46,921 nucleotides of DNA from a bacterium. GTDB lineage: Bacteria > SAR324 > XYD2-FULL-50-16. This document shows positions 45,226 to 46,921 of this stretch, in pieces; within the stretch, counting starts at the first letter, position 1; the number at the start of each line of letters is the position of its first letter. Both the position numbers and the translations under genes were made by a program. A model generated the notes under the pieces. It was not told the DNA's origin and did not search any database. It was given only the letters and a program-made list of their open reading frames with translations. The stretch is from positions 1-46,921 of the forward strand of contig JAOZRE010000003.1 in assembly GCA_029940215.1 (NCBI GenBank). The letters run 5' to 3'.

Positions 45226-46593
45226 ATGATTGAACAAGCATTTGCACCGTTTTTTGCCCCCTTTGGCTGGCTTTCCATCATGCTGATTGTTGGTGTGATC
45301 CTCCGGGCCAAGATTGGGTTTTTTCAGAAGTACCTCTTCCCCGCCTCCATACTTGGCGGTATTCTGGGATTTATTCTGGTCAGTGTTGGATGGATCAAAA
45401 TCCCCCATGCAGCATTTACCCAGTTTGCTATCCTTTTCTTTACGCTGAATTTCATCTCCATCGGACTGACCGGAGCAGATGAGGCTGATGCCAAGCCGGG
45501 CAGTACGATTCGAAAGACGATGATGCGAGGAATGCTCTGGATGGCCTGCCTCTGGGCGGCTCTGTTTGCCATTCAGGCGCTAACCAGCCTGGGATGGCTC
45601 TCTTTGACAAACATGTTTACAGAGCCGATCTACCCAGGAATTGCCTGGCTGGTTCCTTCCGGTTTCGCCCAGGGCCCCGGGCAGGCTGTAGCACTCGCTT
45701 CTGTCTGGCAGGGTCCGTTCAAGATTCCCAACGCCGTCTCCTTCGGTCTGACCTTTGCGGCAGTCGGGTTTCTGGTCGCAAGCTTCGTCGGGGTTCCCCT
45801 GGCCAACTGGGGTATTAAAAAGGGTTTGACGGTGCATGCACCCAAGGACCTTCCCCAGGATTTTGTGACCGGTCTTTCTGAAAAAGGCAAGGGCCCCAGC
45901 GCCGGGCAACTGACGACCCATCCGGGTAATGTTGACGGGATGGCGTTTCAACTGGCGATATTGATGGCAACCTTTTTCATCACCTATTTTGCCTGTCTGG
46001 GTCTGAAAATGATACTTCCCGGTCCCATCAAAGCACTGGCTTTCGGACTGATGTTTTTGTGGGGTATGATTATCGCGGTCATCATCCGCCTGATTCTGGG
46101 CAAACTGGGCCTGATTGTCTACATCGATAACAATGTCCAACGCCGGATCACCGGTATTGCGGTGGATTTCATGGTGGTCGCCACCCTGATGGCTGTCAAA
46201 ATTGCTGTTGTCTGGGCCTTCATCGTACCCATCTCGATCTTGAGTATTTCAGCTGCCGTCATAACAACCTTGTTTCTGCTGTACTTTGGCAGCCGCCTGG
46301 ATCATCTGGGCTTCGAGAGGTTTATGGCACTCTTCGGAACCAGTACGGGTACAGCTGCCAGTGGCCTTCTCCTTTTGAGAATTGTTGACCCTGAGTTTAA
46401 GACACCGGTCGCACAGGAGGTGGGGCTCATGAATCTATTTCTGCTGCTGCTTGTCTGGACGAGTTTCTTCACATTCCCGATGCCACAAGTTGGAGTCGCA
46501 TTAAATGCGGCTATTGCAGCCGGCATGATTGTTGTTGCCCTGATCATTCTTAAGGTTACCAAGCTCTGGGGCGAACCAACCTGGAACAAATAG
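45226..46593 (+). CDS. Sodium/glutamate symporter (GltS/ESS family) transporter
   Basis: About 12 TM segments; FPASILGG, GFAQGPGQA, FGLTFAAVG, FGTSTGT..SGLLLLRIVDP. Confidence 0.85.
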   Translation: MIEQAFAPFFAPFGWLSIMLIVGVILRAKIGFFQKYLFPASILGGILGFILVSVGWIKIPHAAFTQFAILFFTLNFISIGLTGADEADAKPGSTIRKTMMRGMLWMACLWAALFAIQALTSLGWLSLTNMFTEPIYPGIAWLVPSGFAQGPGQAVALASVWQGPFKIPNAVSFGLTFAAVGFLVASFVGVPLANWGIKKGLTVHAPKDLPQDFVTGLSEKGKGPSAGQLTTHPGNVDGMAFQLAILMATFFITYFACLGLKMILPGPIKALAFGLMFLWGMIIAVIIRLILGKLGLIVYIDNNVQRRITGIAVDFMVVATLMAVKIAVVWAFIVPISILSISAAVITTLFLLYFGSRLDHLGFERFMALFGTSTGTAASGLLLLRIVDPEFKTPVAQEVGLMNLFLLLLVWTSFFTFPMPQVGVALNAAIAAGMIVVALIILKVTKLWGEPTWNK

Positions 46594-46601
46594 CCGTCTG
46601 A

Positions 46602-46684
46602 GGGTCATTCATACGACCCTCTGTTAGGCAAGTGATACCAACCGGGGGCATTTCCCCGCCCCTGGATTCAATTCTGACGATCCC
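46602..46684. repeat. Possible divergent fourth member of the ~97-bp element family
   Basis: Same termini GGGTC...ACGATCCC with flanks TGA / TAA, but an unrelated 83-bp interior. Confidence 0.3.
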
Positions 46685-46878
46685 TAAGCCGGTGGCGACG
46701 TGTGGCTCTTGGATCGTTCAGGCAACGTTTCTGTTTTGTTCCGGGTCAGTTCCAACGCCTCGATGATTTTCCTGCGTGTGTCTTTGGGCAGTATAATCTC
46801 ATCGATAATCTGAGCTGTCCAGGAATGCCCGACATCGAAAACATCCACTTTTTCTCGGGAACGACTCATATAACTCAC
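46684..46878 (-). pseudogene. C-terminal fragment of an acyl-CoA carboxylase carboxyltransferase (PccB-like) subunit
   Basis: IIDEIILPKDTRRKIIEAL...NK...P..K.H..PP matches the carboxyltransferase tail; an in-frame TAA (46890-46888) lies just upstream, so it is not simply cut by the window edge. Confidence 0.55.
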
Positions 46879-46921
46879 ATTTCGCAGTTAGCAAAACAAG
46901 ATTTTCCATTTTACCCCTGTC

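Noticed and set aside
1-46921. CRISPR array, rRNA, tRNA, integrase, transposase or prophage genes
   Set aside because: None recognised; the ~97-bp repeats are dispersed rather than regularly spaced.

Overview
Ordinary chromosomal DNA from what looks like an anaerobic or microaerophilic Deltaproteobacteria-type bacterium (taxonomy inferred from gene content only). The left ~22 kb is mixed housekeeping and signalling: sirtuin, hemerythrin, Fe-S nitroreductase, Mrp, C-N hydrolase, OMPLA, Nudix, a 7TM-DISM histidine kinase, RarD and AEC transporters, a PAS hybrid kinase with a sigma54 activator, SerB, UPRTase, DUF445 and an aminotransferase. From 22.7 to 42.8 kb is an acyl-CoA/lipid catabolic cluster: two OYE-type flavin oxidoreductases, crotonase, thioesterase, SDRs, an LvaA/LvaB-like phosphotransferase pair, a FadB-like enzyme, three tandem ACAD10/11(LvaC)-like acyl-CoA dehydrogenases, aldehyde:ferredoxin oxidoreductase and a 3-hydroxyacyl-CoA dehydrogenase. 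An intact mercury-methylation pair hgcAB sits in the middle of this cluster. Main leads: (1) hgcAB shares a divergent promoter region with the dehydrogenase triad, and that region carries a perfect 26-bp palindrome whose GAGCA-N2-TGCTC core recurs twice upstream of another gene of the cluster; (2) a possible anaerobic 4-hydroxyacyl-CoA (Lva-like) pathway with an extra uncharacterised coupled protein; (3) a ~97-bp MITE/REP-like family with 3-bp target duplications and covarying stems; (4) a eukaryote-type UPRTase; (5) a small protein with a SutA-like RNA-polymerase-binding motif. No rRNA, tRNA, CRISPR array, transposase or integrase was recognised. Family assignments rest on motifs recalled from memory; no database search was run.
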